Positions 36,301 to 45,610 of a stretch of 64,000 bases of DNA are shown piece by piece; positions within the stretch are counted from its first letter, which is position 1, and every line of letters begins with the position of its first letter. The notes under the pieces are model-generated. The model saw only the letters and a program-made list of their open reading frames with translations. It was not told the origin of the DNA and ran no database searches. The stretch is from positions 1,214-65,213 of the IMG/VR virus record IMGVR_UViG_3300032236_000300. The stretch is one strand, 5' to 3'. The position numbers and the translations under genes were made by a program. Source of the stretch: a virus (lineage: Duplodnaviria; Caudoviricetes).

Positions 36301-39260
36301 AGCAAAGTAATCCTTACATTGGCTCGGCGGTCAAGATCATTACAGATATGTTGGCGTACCGTGGACGTATGCTCAGCCGTGCTAAAGACACTATTCAGAA
36401 GTGGGCACAGATGCAGTTGGACGCGCCTGCACAATCCCGCTTGATGTCACGCGTTATGTTGGAAGCTACTATTCAAGGTATCGAAGTCGATCCTCTAGGC
36501 CCCGGCTACGTAAACCCATTGACTGCTGGACCTAACGATAAAGTTGCACCGCAACCGCTTGTCGACGCATGGAATAAACTTGATCCTAAGTTCCAAAACT
36601 TGTATCGTGAAGTACGTAACTACTATACCGATCTGCTCAAGGCTACTATCCGTGAAATGAAGATGCGGGTGTTGACAAGCGGCAAAACATCGGCAGAGAA
36701 GAAAGACCTAATACGTAAGATTAACAAGCAGTTTGCTGAAGAAAACTTTAGCCGCCCATACTTCCCATTACGGAGATTTGGTGATTTCTGGTTCCAAGTT
36801 ACCGCTAACGGACGTACCGAGTTCTACACATTTGAAAACCATATCGATCGCGATTTAGCGTACGACAAACGGTACGCTGAATTATCTAAAGGCAATGTGA
36901 CTCAACAGGCTGCGGCTGAAAGCATGCGTGCTGGCAATACCATATCGCAGTTGTACACCGACAATAAAAATATTGGCGGCGCTCTAAAAGATGTCAATGA
37001 ACTTATCGATAGTATTTCTGACACAGTGACTACAGTTCAGGGAGGCCAAGCCTTTACTACTAAGAAGTCGGCTGATGCTATCAAGAGTGAAATTAAAGGT
37101 GCTATTGACCAACTAGTCTACGTTCTTTTGCCACAGCAAAGTATGCGTAAGATGTTTATTAACCGCCGCGCTATCCAAGGTGCAAGCGGTGACATGTTGC
37201 GTGTGTTTGCGGATACATCTGTACGAGCGGCATATCAGCAGTCTCGGTTTAAGTTTGTTCAGCCATTCCTAAACAACATGAGCAACGCTCATGATTACAT
37301 CCGTGCGTTTGTACAAGGAAAACGTCAGACTGAAGCACTCGACTACATCAACGAAGTTGAGAAACGCTACAAGCATATCTTTAGTATGGAAGATAAGAGT
37401 GCGTTAGCTAGGTTTGCTGGCGGCGCTAACCAAATGATGTTCATGGTCAACTTGACTGCGCCTGCTAGTGCGTTGATGAACGTCTTGGCATTCCCAATTA
37501 TGGCTGAGCGCACCATAGGCGGTAAGTACGGTATCGTTAAAGCAAATGCTGTAATGGCTAAATACTTTGGTCAGTACATGCGGACACTACCTAAACGCAC
37601 TCTTGTGCCTATGGGCAAAGGTCTAAAAGCTGAAATCTCGTGGCCTTCTATTGTGGAAGGTGGCTACCTGAAGGGTGCATCTGCCCGTGCTGCGCAGAAG
37701 TTTGCCGACGACGGCGACATTAACGTATCGCAAACCAGCGACGTGTTTGATTTTGCAGAGCGTCCATCTGAGTTATATAGCAACGGGATGTTTAGCCGAG
37801 TCATGCAAGGCATAGCCATGCCATTCCATCAGCTTGACCGCCTTACCCGTGAAGTAACGCTGATGTCTGTATTTGATTTGGCATACGAACAGTACCTAAC
37901 TGCTGACAAACGTGACGAGCGTGGCGTTATCCAACGTGATACCAAGACAGGTAACCCATTAAAGTACACAGAGGAAGAAGCATTTAACGCGGCGATCGAA
38001 GATGCGCGTGATGCGGCGGCGGCTTCGCTTGGTGAATACCTACGCCAACTTAAAGGTCGTGCGTTCTCAGGGCCTGTCGGTGCGCTTGTGATGCAGTTCA
38101 AGCAAGTGAGCGTTACGATTTTCCGTGCTATCTATCGTGATATGTGGCTGGCGTTTGGCGCACCGTTGACAACAGCAGAACGGGACGAGTTCAAGAAGTT
38201 CTTGACCGAACAGTACAAAGGCGCCCCAAATGCTACACAACTTGTAGAACAGCAGATAAAAGAATACGAAGCCTACCAAAAAGAAATTCACCGCGAAGCC
38301 TTCCGCAAGGTAGTCATCATCAATGCAACTGCGTTCTTAATGGCCGGTGCAGAAGGTACGCCTTTGTATTTCTTAGTATCGTTACTACCAGCGATTGCTA
38401 GAGTATTTGCTCCAGACGGCGAAGACTGGGATGACTTTGAGACTTGGTTCTTCAATATGCTAATGAATGATTTTAGTGGAGCTGTTAGCGAACTAGCGAT
38501 GCAGTCTGGCATGGACGAAGAAAGCGCGGAAGCATTAGCTAAGAAGGCCGCGCATGCTGTTGCACGCGGAATCCCTGCGGCTGTAACTAACTGGAGTTTG
38601 ACCGAACGTATTGGTATAAACCCCGGGGAGATGCTCTTCCGTAACGCACGCTACTACGCTGACGCTAAGCAAGAACTGCAAGATATGGTTATCAGTAACC
38701 TCGGCGCGTTCCCAAGTTACATGCTTGATAACGTACCTACTGCTTACCAACTTGTACAGCAAGGACACTACGAGCGTGCCTACGAAAAGCTGTTCCCTGC
38801 AATTGCCACTAAGCCAGCCGTTGCTTATCGATTTAGTGAAGAAGGTGCTAAACGTATTTCGGGCAAAACTGTCTTGCACAAAGATGAGTTCGATAAGCTA
38901 GACATTGCGGCACAGGCTGTCGGTATCCGCCCAGAAAAGCTAACTTTAGTAGAGCGTGCAAGCTCAGCGGCATCAGAGAAGATGCTTAGATTGAATAACA
39001 AAAAGTCTCAGTTGTTGGACCGCATTTGGGTAGAGCATTTGGCTAACAGTCCAGCCGAGAACATAGCACGACAAGAGTTTTACAAGTTTGCTTATAAACA
39101 CCCTAACTTTATTGATGACCCAGAAAAAACTATCGAAGATAGTTTTGAGAAGAAGTACGAAGGGTTGGCAAGCGCAGGTGTGAATCTTGGCGTGGATATC
39201 CCAGAGAATCTATTGCCAGAGGTTGCGCCGATCCTGTCGGGTGCAAAGAAGTTGCGTTGA
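30306..39260 (+). CDS. Giant polyvalent ejection protein (L,D-transpeptidase-like domain and two HEXXH zincin motifs)
   Basis: 2984 aa; IVDK...TG...ITPAG.F...MH...SFGCINV; AVHEILH...EFWA; LHEVVH...EFVAE; PYFPLRRFG. Confidence 0.75.
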   Translation: MTYEFVPLSKAEPTEAKDQGEGGEFTFVPLAAAKSPIQERMTVPTSVGTSGVSMAEAEEEPTRPVPKGKSIFERGVKMEPPTVDYQKNLETMRQSGSPESVMFTPGRQLESIDQQIMRGEARRTREQEIAAKKAAELAATKEFLLKRQAEQEGYGVGSFGQDIAGATAKGIVGLGQSAAGLAQLATGWIPDDPNINPLQIGQWGKMLDKLGYDPEATSQFISGLQSPQMQLQQNEVAQAKGFFNTAAALAVNPLALLDSIVESLPGTVGAGAAGGKFVRYLAGKATQEAAERGLTGAAAQKFIAEKVKEKSTQIAAAASAAEGAQTAGSIADQARAAGKDWDEYVAPALAAGFGTAAIGVVAGKAASKLGIGDVETEIAARSAGVKGVGVGAADQSLAKVVRNELIKEGVFEEMPQSVQEQIFTNLATGRPWNEGVEEAAAQGLMAGAGMGGGHAVIARALQRTGEIVQEQTNKLAQSIVDQRQPSAEELAKSKGFLRKEGTKKEKSEDDLIADLDKYNQEQIDAEEAAPPQTEDEKLAAKEAADERAAIQTTHEFVPLQEDQTVPEPPDIFGKKEEAAPAAVQEAAPAVAEETDLQRADRLDAEAAEQETAQEARKANAREIAKTNFDAAIDQVDSLEFNGDLNAAFDSYKQNTLDTLAEKGEKDQYVSDAADREFDRLVAEHNEKQTPTATLEPVKDQETIQQIRRENPTNGVSLGDWTDPNTDNLWDGANYYAGIAQRYGGPTSLTPVTTLAEAKQAEANGKSIYAVNKPEPATVEELQTQRENARLEMIKLHTKTGNRPKTGTKKRETYDALQEKLNKLDVEIAKVAKPEAPEFNGEPAPISTDLVVITPPAAVQQVPALPPPDQASPDLQAVYDSAAAKAKKAWEVLSLADEALSQEEDPSDGSQPSPVKLKRLTDERNKAHAEWEVLEKEAENAFTALTHEPYTVEGEVRIVEETVAPQLAALPAPDVNRLEKHYGLSAGSRDFVLKVKEDIVRYANEGAEVIAEAIRDIIGKLHAGVLTAAIIFNPTNVSTAEFVTYPTATIAITEQVLADLPAGTEMMSDGAKQSYKVLYPSIKDKLQANNKILTIVDKPKGHTYVFNPDGTLLLRTKTLTGLAPGDFYKGNNNLPQNRITPAGFFTFGLRDAMRSVDEAKTAGEYDFGKVFVLDKVIGGEYSMTLMHSVWMHESDAAMRAKAIASESETDSRYSFGCINVNKQTYKFLIDNHLKQMDGSSVFVVPDNPANLASLLSGKPENRDGLERNVFTPPTKTVNRTIDSATTTPNLASAAAADRRRNMFRSIVANALPDEVGPDLTEAIAHNQRGINKLDALYKDGKITPEQYAEAMLKINESIRERADRSRSNKSKQRGFGRVVTALEDAKKAGRISPETADFAIWFLIQNPALADDLAIKIALPKTKREKEATEGTAGNYNPIAKIVRLVTRKAPTPFEAETETERYAATKEDTAVHEILHHLERMLPVQVRRLIRNEWSRQIRDKLKEAAKTKNTALQFYLNNVIKANTEQDMVAWTLASKAIQDGDVPYEMYALFNPSEFWAVNASNLLSDRYYAGTKFQKAKQWMREFIETLKSIFGLSSDDPIIQGLNAVLRGDGTFVSKDMLSEGKPDQTFRQIVQKGLHPSVVEAINNNDISGALRAVAKNTSGIYSVLAARLAELNLPTTIGFNRERELVRQHIDSKSSQQQVQLFTYVRRAYPELFEKYFKNYDRSESLELVYAGLKELYKPQYNTSALNMQLALVRDEFDKAMPGLTHSGLYMPSSDAISLRTSGQFGLTNRVFLHEVVHAATEFVLRDTKGLSQRQREAVTQLYVMYNYAKSQLNIEAYGFKNVFEFVAEALTNADFQKKLRTVEYEPAQGSVYNSLLRFAMKMFGADNVAGATIIQANEIFSAFRPAGAVNAPLRFGPPIKGKKGRYKKGPITSKWRTAEDAAVRLADALKGAMSSIPEASSLASAVRRAGKFKLRNLEFPFLGLRMLKEDVQQSNPYIGSAVKIITDMLAYRGRMLSRAKDTIQKWAQMQLDAPAQSRLMSRVMLEATIQGIEVDPLGPGYVNPLTAGPNDKVAPQPLVDAWNKLDPKFQNLYREVRNYYTDLLKATIREMKMRVLTSGKTSAEKKDLIRKINKQFAEENFSRPYFPLRRFGDFWFQVTANGRTEFYTFENHIDRDLAYDKRYAELSKGNVTQQAAAESMRAGNTISQLYTDNKNIGGALKDVNELIDSISDTVTTVQGGQAFTTKKSADAIKSEIKGAIDQLVYVLLPQQSMRKMFINRRAIQGASGDMLRVFADTSVRAAYQQSRFKFVQPFLNNMSNAHDYIRAFVQGKRQTEALDYINEVEKRYKHIFSMEDKSALARFAGGANQMMFMVNLTAPASALMNVLAFPIMAERTIGGKYGIVKANAVMAKYFGQYMRTLPKRTLVPMGKGLKAEISWPSIVEGGYLKGASARAAQKFADDGDINVSQTSDVFDFAERPSELYSNGMFSRVMQGIAMPFHQLDRLTREVTLMSVFDLAYEQYLTADKRDERGVIQRDTKTGNPLKYTEEEAFNAAIEDARDAAAASLGEYLRQLKGRAFSGPVGALVMQFKQVSVTIFRAIYRDMWLAFGAPLTTAERDEFKKFLTEQYKGAPNATQLVEQQIKEYEAYQKEIHREAFRKVVIINATAFLMAGAEGTPLYFLVSLLPAIARVFAPDGEDWDDFETWFFNMLMNDFSGAVSELAMQSGMDEESAEALAKKAAHAVARGIPAAVTNWSLTERIGINPGEMLFRNARYYADAKQELQDMVISNLGAFPSYMLDNVPTAYQLVQQGHYERAYEKLFPAIATKPAVAYRFSEEGAKRISGKTVLHKDEFDKLDIAAQAVGIRPEKLTLVERASSAASEKMLRLNNKKSQLLDRIWVEHLANSPAENIARQEFYKFAYKHPNFIDDPEKTIEDSFEKKYEGLASAGVNLGVDIPENLLPEVAPILSGAKKLR

Positions 39261-39455
39261 TTACTTACGCCAAACCCGTAGCCCCTTGATGCCGTCTTCA
39301 ATGACGGCTTTTATTGCAACCTTAAAACCAAGCCGTCTAGTTACGGCTTTAACTGTGGCTTTGCTTTCTTCTATCCTTAAGCAAGGCACGAAGAATGACG
39401 TGCCCCGCTTAAACTTACGCCAGTTAATTTGGTAATCAATATCATTGATCCTCAT
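39261..39455 (-). CDS. Small DNA-binding-like hypothetical protein
   Basis: W..F..G.SFFVP...GLRVWR pattern. Confidence 0.6.
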   Translation of the reverse strand: MRINDIDYQINWRKFKRGTSFFVPCLRIEESKATVKAVTRRLGFKVAIKAVIEDGIKGLRVWRK

Positions 39456-42255
39456 CGGCTTGCGCCTCATCCGTATCTGAAGTACCTATGAAGACATCAG
39501 GGTCAAGGAAGTCACCTTTCGAGCAGTCAAATACAAACGCATCAACTGGTGGAATACCGCTAATCTTCGTGCCTTTAGCCATGCGCTTCTTCACAGTGCC
39601 GACATAGACGCCGTCTTTGGTAAGCGAGGTCAACACGTCTTTAATTGTGATCTGGTGCTCAGCACACCACGCCCGTAACTTCTTGCTGATGATGAATAGC
39701 TTCTGGGTATCAGGCTCCATCCGAATGATAAGTTCGCCTTGTGGTTCTAAGATAGGGAGCATCTCCACCCCCGTTCGTTTGTCCGCTTGGTCGTTAATCA
39801 CCAAAGTATTGCGGCGGTGCTCGCTCCAGTACTCGCCGATCACACTGCTGTGAGTTGTGACTGGTGGCTTAATTTCTGTACGCATCTGACCGAACTCGGC
39901 GACTACCCACTTGAGTACGCGGCCTACGTCAATATCGTGGATGCCCAAACGCTTGGCAAATAAAGCACCAGCTATGTTGCATGCCGCTACACCTGACCAG
40001 AATCGCTCACGGCCTGTAAATCCAATCTGCTTGTCGATGATGCGCTGTAGTTCTTTGACTTCTAGGATGCGCTCTTCCAAGTTCTCCACCAAGTCGCGGA
40101 TGTAAATATGGCCTGCATGACCATAGTTTGTGTAGAGTTTGGGGTATATCTCGTCGGCTTCTTCTTTAGTGATTAGCTTAGTCTCAGGGATTTGATACTC
40201 AATTACCCGCATCAACTCACCATCTGGTGTGGATTTCAAAGACTTGAGCTTATCTACGATCGATGCATTTGACGAACAGAGAAGCATAGTCTGCCACTTA
40301 GCAAAGTTCTTGCGCTCAGAGTTTGAATTGGAATTCATCCGTCCACGGCCTCGGCCTTGGGAGACTGCGTAGGCAAAGTCAGAGCAGTCGTCTGGCTTCA
40401 TCTTGGTAATCTCGTCACAGCCCAAACCAATGTTGTTCATCACACCGAGTCGGTGTAAGCGTACAGCCATAGTGTCTCGCTCAATCAGCATCAGCTCTTC
40501 GGGGTGCCCATACACACTGTGCATAGCCTTTATTGCTGTCGTCTTGCCTGTGCCAGACTCATTGTTAATCATGTTAATGATTGCACCTTTGAGATGCAGA
40601 TGCTTCATTAGCGGTGCGCCAAACGCAGTAAAGAATCCAAATGCATGGGGCTCAAACCCCGGCATGTCATATTTATTGATTACGCTTTTCCATTCTTCAA
40701 AGTCACCGACTGGGTTAAACCAATCTGAAAGGTCTGCTGTGTAGCTAGATGGTGGGCTGTACTTGTCGCCTTGTGCGGTAATTTCTTTCTCGCCAATAAT
40801 GAACGACTTGTTCTTCTCGGTCCAGCCGAACTGCGTCCTCATGATTTCTGCTCCTTGTTTGTATTGCATTTCCTTCACCGAACGAACGATGTAGGCCATG
40901 ATGTTTTCCATTTGCTTCTTCAGCGCCACGACACCAAACCAAGCCAGCTTCTCGCGTAACTTATCTGTTGTCAGTAAATCCACCACGGGCAACGCAAATT
41001 CTTTTACGCCGTCACGGGGCGTGTGCAGACGCATCCATATCGTCTCGCCTGCTTGTGGGTCTTTCAACCGCTTGACCACATACAGATCATGCTCGTAAAT
41101 CAGGTCGGCTTCGGGGTCATCCTCATCGTCTGACTTGCGATAGACGCCGCCATTCTTGCCTCTGAAGTATGGAAAGGGATACTCAGGGATATCGTAGACA
41201 ACCGTCTTTTCTTCCGATACATACTCAACCGTGTTGTCCTCTGCCGTAGCCGCCGCGATCTCTGCGCCAAGAACGATAGGAGATTTGATTTTGCCTTTGT
41301 GAATACAGCCTGCGCAACCCGACGGATTGATAGCCTCCCACGAATCGCAGGTGTAAGGGCCTTTGATTAGCTGTACCTTGGCGACTGTCTCGTCAGGGTG
41401 ATAGTCAGGGTGATCCCTAGATACGTCATGTATGGCGGTGTCGGCATCCGTGCAAAACTTAGCAATAGATAGCGTGGCACGCCAACGCGGTTCGTCCAAA
41501 ATCTTTTGGTCTGCAATCGCTCTAGCCAACTGCAGGCAACCTGTTCCGTTTACGTTTTTGTCTACGATGATTTGGAATCGGTGCTGTCGGTTGCCCATCA
41601 GCGCCTTGGTCATGTCGTCTGCAAACGTAGGCAGATAGTCAGGCGTCTCATCTATAACGCCCAGCTTGTCTTTGAATTCACCAAACGAAATTTCTTCGCC
41701 CATCATCATTACCGCTACTGGTAATGGCGGCTCAACTTTATGATTGAATGTATCGGGCATCCGCAGGATAGATGCGGCATCCGCAGTTCTAGCGGGGTCG
41801 TCTTCTAAACCTTCTTCATTGCATACCGCCTTTAGACGCTTAGCGGTATTAACCCACTCTTTACGGGTGATTGGTTCTGTCAAAGGCCAGTAGACATGCA
41901 GTCCACGACCAGAATTAACAACCGTCGGTCTTGGCAAACCAACAGTTTTACAAAATGCTTTAAGCGCGTTTAGTCCGTCGCCCTGATCCGCATACGGTTT
42001 ACCTACGCCACAGTCAATATCAAGCCAAAATGCCTTGATGTTTTTCACGTTATCGTTAGTACGTGAACCTGATTCTTCATACTTTGCACACGCAAAGTAA
42101 ACGTCGAACTTCTCGTTCAGCAAAGTCTGAACGGCGTCCTCTACCCCCTGCATGTCCTCAACAAATATTTGCCGAGGGTGGCCTGTCTTTAGACCCACCA
42201 CGCAGTACCACCCGTCAGACGATAAAACCGTCGACAGTAAATCTGCTCTTGTCAT
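39442..42255 (-). CDS. Primase-helicase (AEP primase + DUF927-like + P-loop ATPase)
   Basis: WLDID and SGRGLHVYW primase motifs; C-x9-C-x2-C cluster; FGW; SGTGKTT Walker A. Confidence 0.85.
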   Translation of the reverse strand: MTRADLLSTVLSSDGWYCVVGLKTGHPRQIFVEDMQGVEDAVQTLLNEKFDVYFACAKYEESGSRTNDNVKNIKAFWLDIDCGVGKPYADQGDGLNALKAFCKTVGLPRPTVVNSGRGLHVYWPLTEPITRKEWVNTAKRLKAVCNEEGLEDDPARTADAASILRMPDTFNHKVEPPLPVAVMMMGEEISFGEFKDKLGVIDETPDYLPTFADDMTKALMGNRQHRFQIIVDKNVNGTGCLQLARAIADQKILDEPRWRATLSIAKFCTDADTAIHDVSRDHPDYHPDETVAKVQLIKGPYTCDSWEAINPSGCAGCIHKGKIKSPIVLGAEIAAATAEDNTVEYVSEEKTVVYDIPEYPFPYFRGKNGGVYRKSDDEDDPEADLIYEHDLYVVKRLKDPQAGETIWMRLHTPRDGVKEFALPVVDLLTTDKLREKLAWFGVVALKKQMENIMAYIVRSVKEMQYKQGAEIMRTQFGWTEKNKSFIIGEKEITAQGDKYSPPSSYTADLSDWFNPVGDFEEWKSVINKYDMPGFEPHAFGFFTAFGAPLMKHLHLKGAIINMINNESGTGKTTAIKAMHSVYGHPEELMLIERDTMAVRLHRLGVMNNIGLGCDEITKMKPDDCSDFAYAVSQGRGRGRMNSNSNSERKNFAKWQTMLLCSSNASIVDKLKSLKSTPDGELMRVIEYQIPETKLITKEEADEIYPKLYTNYGHAGHIYIRDLVENLEERILEVKELQRIIDKQIGFTGRERFWSGVAACNIAGALFAKRLGIHDIDVGRVLKWVVAEFGQMRTEIKPPVTTHSSVIGEYWSEHRRNTLVINDQADKRTGVEMLPILEPQGELIIRMEPDTQKLFIISKKLRAWCAEHQITIKDVLTSLTKDGVYVGTVKKRMAKGTKISGIPPVDAFVFDCSKGDFLDPDVFIGTSDTDEAQADEDQ

Positions 42256-42306
42256 AGCCGCCTCTAAGAAATGCGTCGGAGGGGCGCGGCAAGCCCCGTC
42301 CGAACG

Positions 42307-42549
42307 CTACTGAACAAAACCAACCTTTGAAAGCATCTCGTTTATTTTGGTCTCGTGTACCTTGCGTGGAATCCACTCGCCTGTAAACCATTTGTAGACG
42401 GTCATGCGGCTGACTCCAAAGTACTCAGCGACTTCACTAACGGAATATTCTTTCGTGATACAGAATCGCCCCAGCTTTACGCCGGGGCTTTTGATATCTG
42501 CTTCTTGGTTAGCACGGACGATTCGAGTTGCGTAACCTCTGTTATCCAT
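42307..42549 (-). CDS. Helix-turn-helix regulator
   Basis: SVSEVAEYFGVSRMTVYKWFTG. Confidence 0.8.
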   Translation of the reverse strand: MDNRGYATRIVRANQEADIKSPGVKLGRFCITKEYSVSEVAEYFGVSRMTVYKWFTGEWIPRKVHETKINEMLSKVGFVQ

Positions 42550-43412
42550 TACTCTTCTTCAGTCCATTGCTTCAGTACGTCATTGAACTCTTTCTTAGGT
42601 GCGGGTTCGACGTTTTTCTTGATGGTGCGTTTAGTTGGCTCTGGCACTTCTTCTGCGGCGGCTTTAGGCGCAGGAGCGGCAATCGCTTTCTTTTTAGCAC
42701 CGTCGGTCTGTGCAGGGGTCTGCACAACTGCGGCTTTAGCGGCAGGGCTATCGCCCTTGTCTTTGGCAACTAGCCATTCTTCTTTAGACAAGAAACGCAC
42801 AGGCTTGAAGGTCAACTTGGGAGTATCGCTATCGCTGTCCATACGCATCTCTGTTACCAAAGTGCCGAGGCTCTTGCCTTGTGCGCCAACATACTTAGCG
42901 TATTGCTGGAACGGCATCTTGTCAGTATCGCCACGACCAAAGATTGATTTGGCGGGTAACACCAACTGGAACACGTCGCCTGCAACGTCGTCGGCTAACA
43001 AAACAGCCAAGCGTTGCTGATAACGACAGGCGCGTGAATCGCCTTGACCAGAGCCTTTGATGTTTTGTGAACAACCTTCGCATGTGGAATGTTGTGGGTA
43101 CTCAATGCTTGCATCGGGTTTGTCGCCGTCGTTAGACCAGCAGTCAGGGTGCGAAGTCTCACCAGCAACATACTTACCAGCGTAGAAAGAACGTGATACT
43201 TTAGATGCGCCGTTCACAATGACGATATTCATTGCGCGGTTTTCGTTCTTTGCAATCTCCTCACCGCTGACCATCATGCGGAACACACCACCACGGATGG
43301 AGATGCGCTTCATGCCAGTGTTACCAGCAAGAGCCTTGGTCATGTCATCGAGGCCAACTTCCTTGAGGTAGTCGGGAACATTGTTGCTAAAGAGTGCGAG
43401 GTCGTTACTCAT
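42549..43412 (-). CDS. Probable single-stranded DNA-binding protein
   Basis: RISIRGG.F, PDCWS.DG..P, C..C..N..GS...RAC; C-terminal acidic/Trp tail; lies in the replication module. Confidence 0.55.
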   Translation of the reverse strand: MSNDLALFSNNVPDYLKEVGLDDMTKALAGNTGMKRISIRGGVFRMMVSGEEIAKNENRAMNIVIVNGASKVSRSFYAGKYVAGETSHPDCWSNDGDKPDASIEYPQHSTCEGCSQNIKGSGQGDSRACRYQQRLAVLLADDVAGDVFQLVLPAKSIFGRGDTDKMPFQQYAKYVGAQGKSLGTLVTEMRMDSDSDTPKLTFKPVRFLSKEEWLVAKDKGDSPAAKAAVVQTPAQTDGAKKKAIAAPAPKAAAEEVPEPTKRTIKKNVEPAPKKEFNDVLKQWTEEE

Positions 43413-43596
43413 TTGATTTTCCTTTGATAAAGTTGTATATAGCATTTGCGTTAAAGAGCAGTTCTTCAACTGACCCTTCGGAGTACTTACTCTGTTTCAT
43501 TTGAGTAAGTGCCTGATCTACCGCACGCTCTCGGTAGAACAGTTCGTCGCGTTCCCTACGGAACTGCATTTCAAGTGTTGTTATCTCGGTGCTCAT
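43405..43596 (-). CDS. Hypothetical protein
   Basis: Translationally coupled on both sides. Confidence 0.55.
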   Translation of the reverse strand: MSTEITTLEMQFRRERDELFYRERAVDQALTQMKQSKYSEGSVEELLFNANAIYNFIKGKSNE

Positions 43597-43991
43597 TATT
43601 TCCTCCGAATAGTTATTTCATATTCACGATCAACGTTCAAGCCCATAGGCTCTACGTCAGGGTTGTTCTCTAAGAACTCTTTCATATTCGTTTGATGAAT
43701 ACGCTTTTCTAGCAACTGCATTGCTTCATGCTCACGCATGAACTTGTAGAAGCTTTCCCAATCATTAGTCCAGAAGCGGTCTTTGACGGTTCGATACGCA
43801 GTTCCCTGCGGTGTTGAAAAGCTAGTCACGCCAGTCTCTTTAGAGACCTCAAGTAACTTGTGCTTTAGGGTAGTCATCTGCTCTTCTAATTCGGCAGTCT
43901 CGGCCTTGTACTTTGCGTAGATGGCCTCTTTGGTGTCGCGAATCTTAATATAAGCTTCGACGACTTTCTCAATAGAAATATCTGATTCCAT
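43596..43991 (-). CDS. Conserved replication-module protein
   Basis: YIKIRD...T..GT...DW..F...LLEKR. Confidence 0.65.
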   Translation of the reverse strand: MESDISIEKVVEAYIKIRDTKEAIYAKYKAETAELEEQMTTLKHKLLEVSKETGVTSFSTPQGTAYRTVKDRFWTNDWESFYKFMREHEAMQLLEKRIHQTNMKEFLENNPDVEPMGLNVDREYEITIRRK

Positions 43992-44044
43992 ACTCACTCC
44001 AATTTGTTTTTTATAGGTGTTGGCTTGTTGCGCCAACGAAAATT

Positions 44045-44072
44045 ATTATACTCTATTTGTTGACAGTGTCAA
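44045..44072 (-). promoter_or_regulatory. Sigma70 promoter with palindromic -35
   Basis: Minus strand TTGACA-16-TATAAT; palindrome TTGACAgTGTCAA at 44060-72. Confidence 0.75.
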
Positions 44073-45610
44073 GAGTTAATTTCACTTTTATACAGGTCGA
44101 TGATCTTGTTGTGAAAGTCCAATTTGTTTTGCAACATACCGTAGAGTTTTGTTTCTACAGGACTACCTTCAAGATGCACGACTGTCATAGGATTGCGCTG
44201 ACCCGGCCTATCGATACGTGCGTTTGCTTGCAAGTATGTTTCTATCGACGTGACAGGAGCGTACCACACGATTACGTTAGCGGCTGTTAGGGTTACTCCG
44301 TGTGCCGCCGCTTGTGGTTGAATCAAAAGTACTCGTGGCTCATCTTGTTCTTGAAACCTTTTAAAGATGTCGGTGCGCTTTGACACACTTACAGAGCCAT
44401 TGATAATCTCTGACGTTACCTTGTTCTTTGTTAGGAAGTCTTGTATTAAATCTAACGTGTGCGTGAATGGTACAAACACTAGAACTTTATGGCTTGCCTC
44501 TTCAATAACTTCTAACAAAATGTTTAATCGATTCGATGCATCAAACTCAATTACATTCTTGGTATCTGTATATACAGCGCCGCAAGAGATTTGTAATAGT
44601 TTGTTTAGTTGAGCCGCCGCATTCACGGCAGAGACTTCATCGCCAACTGCTTCGATCAGCATTTCTTTCTTGAGGTCTTTGTAGTACTTGGACTGCTGTG
44701 GTGTTAGTGGTGCGAATCGTGAAGTGTGTGTCACATCAGGCAGATCAATACAGTCTTTCTTCTCAAACCGAATCGCTGGCTGGAGCATGTTGTGCACGAT
44801 GCTTTGTGCTTGTGGTTTTGGAATCCATTTGAATCGAGTCAGTTGATACATCACAACATCGCGGTAAGCCGTGTATAAGTGCGGGGCTTTTGCAGGTACG
44901 CATAGTTTGGCTAGGCCATAAGCATCTAGTGGAGACTGAGCTGCGGGTGTACCCGTCATCATCCATATCCAAGTATCAGGAGTGACGATTCTTTTTAACG
45001 TTTTAAACCGCTCGGTCCTAGAGTTCTTGTAAGCGTTTGCTTCGTCAATGATGATGAGGTCAAACCCACCAGCCTTGAGTTCTTCTTCAACAACGCTCAC
45101 GCCGTCGTAGTTAATGATGACGTACTCGGCACCGCCCTCGACGATAGCCTTGCGTTTCTTGCGGTCGCCGTGCGCCACATCTACATGGCGGTGAACAGCA
45201 AACTTAAACAAGTCGGCTTGCCATGCGGCTTGCATGATTGAGACGGGGCAGATAACTAGCACGCGACTGATGTAGCCCTGCGCTATTAAATAGTCCGATG
45301 CCCATATAGCCGATGCCGTTTTGCCAGTACCCTGCTCGTTAAAACAAAAGGCGCGTGGGTGTAAGGTCAGAAAGGATGCGGTATCCTTTTGATGGTTCAT
45401 TGGTCTATGGAGTCCGGGCCAGTCATAGTCACGCTCTATGGGAGACGGCACGTCAGGTAGCCCCAATACTTTAAGCATCTGTGCTTCCTTCAACCCCCAA
45501 TGAACAGCCACCGAATCCTCGGTGTACTCGGCACTCTTAGCAATCGTCGAGAGAATCTTCTGTGGCTCTTCAGTCTGTATGACTAGGTATTTGTTTTCAA
45601 CTACTTGCAT
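44069..45610 (-). CDS. SNF2-family helicase
   Basis: EQGTGKT, IIDEAN, MTGTP, HGVTL and QANARIDRPGQ motifs. Confidence 0.9.
   Translation of the reverse strand: MQVVENKYLVIQTEEPQKILSTIAKSAEYTEDSVAVHWGLKEAQMLKVLGLPDVPSPIERDYDWPGLHRPMNHQKDTASFLTLHPRAFCFNEQGTGKTASAIWASDYLIAQGYISRVLVICPVSIMQAAWQADLFKFAVHRHVDVAHGDRKKRKAIVEGGAEYVIINYDGVSVVEEELKAGGFDLIIIDEANAYKNSRTERFKTLKRIVTPDTWIWMMTGTPAAQSPLDAYGLAKLCVPAKAPHLYTAYRDVVMYQLTRFKWIPKPQAQSIVHNMLQPAIRFEKKDCIDLPDVTHTSRFAPLTPQQSKYYKDLKKEMLIEAVGDEVSAVNAAAQLNKLLQISCGAVYTDTKNVIEFDASNRLNILLEVIEEASHKVLVFVPFTHTLDLIQDFLTKNKVTSEIINGSVSVSKRTDIFKRFQEQDEPRVLLIQPQAAAHGVTLTAANVIVWYAPVTSIETYLQANARIDRPGQRNPMTVVHLEGSPVETKLYGMLQNKLDFHNKIIDLYKSEINS

Noticed and set aside
30306-39260. 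N4-like virion RNA polymerase
   Set aside because: The size is suggestive, but I found no single-subunit RNAP catalytic motifs.
42273-42307. GC-rich hairpin upstream of the primase-helicase gene as a terminator
   Set aside because: The stem is present but has no U-tract on either strand; function cannot be supported.
42355-43020. 221-aa plus-strand ORF
   Set aside because: Antisense to the HTH and SSB-like genes; shadow ORF.
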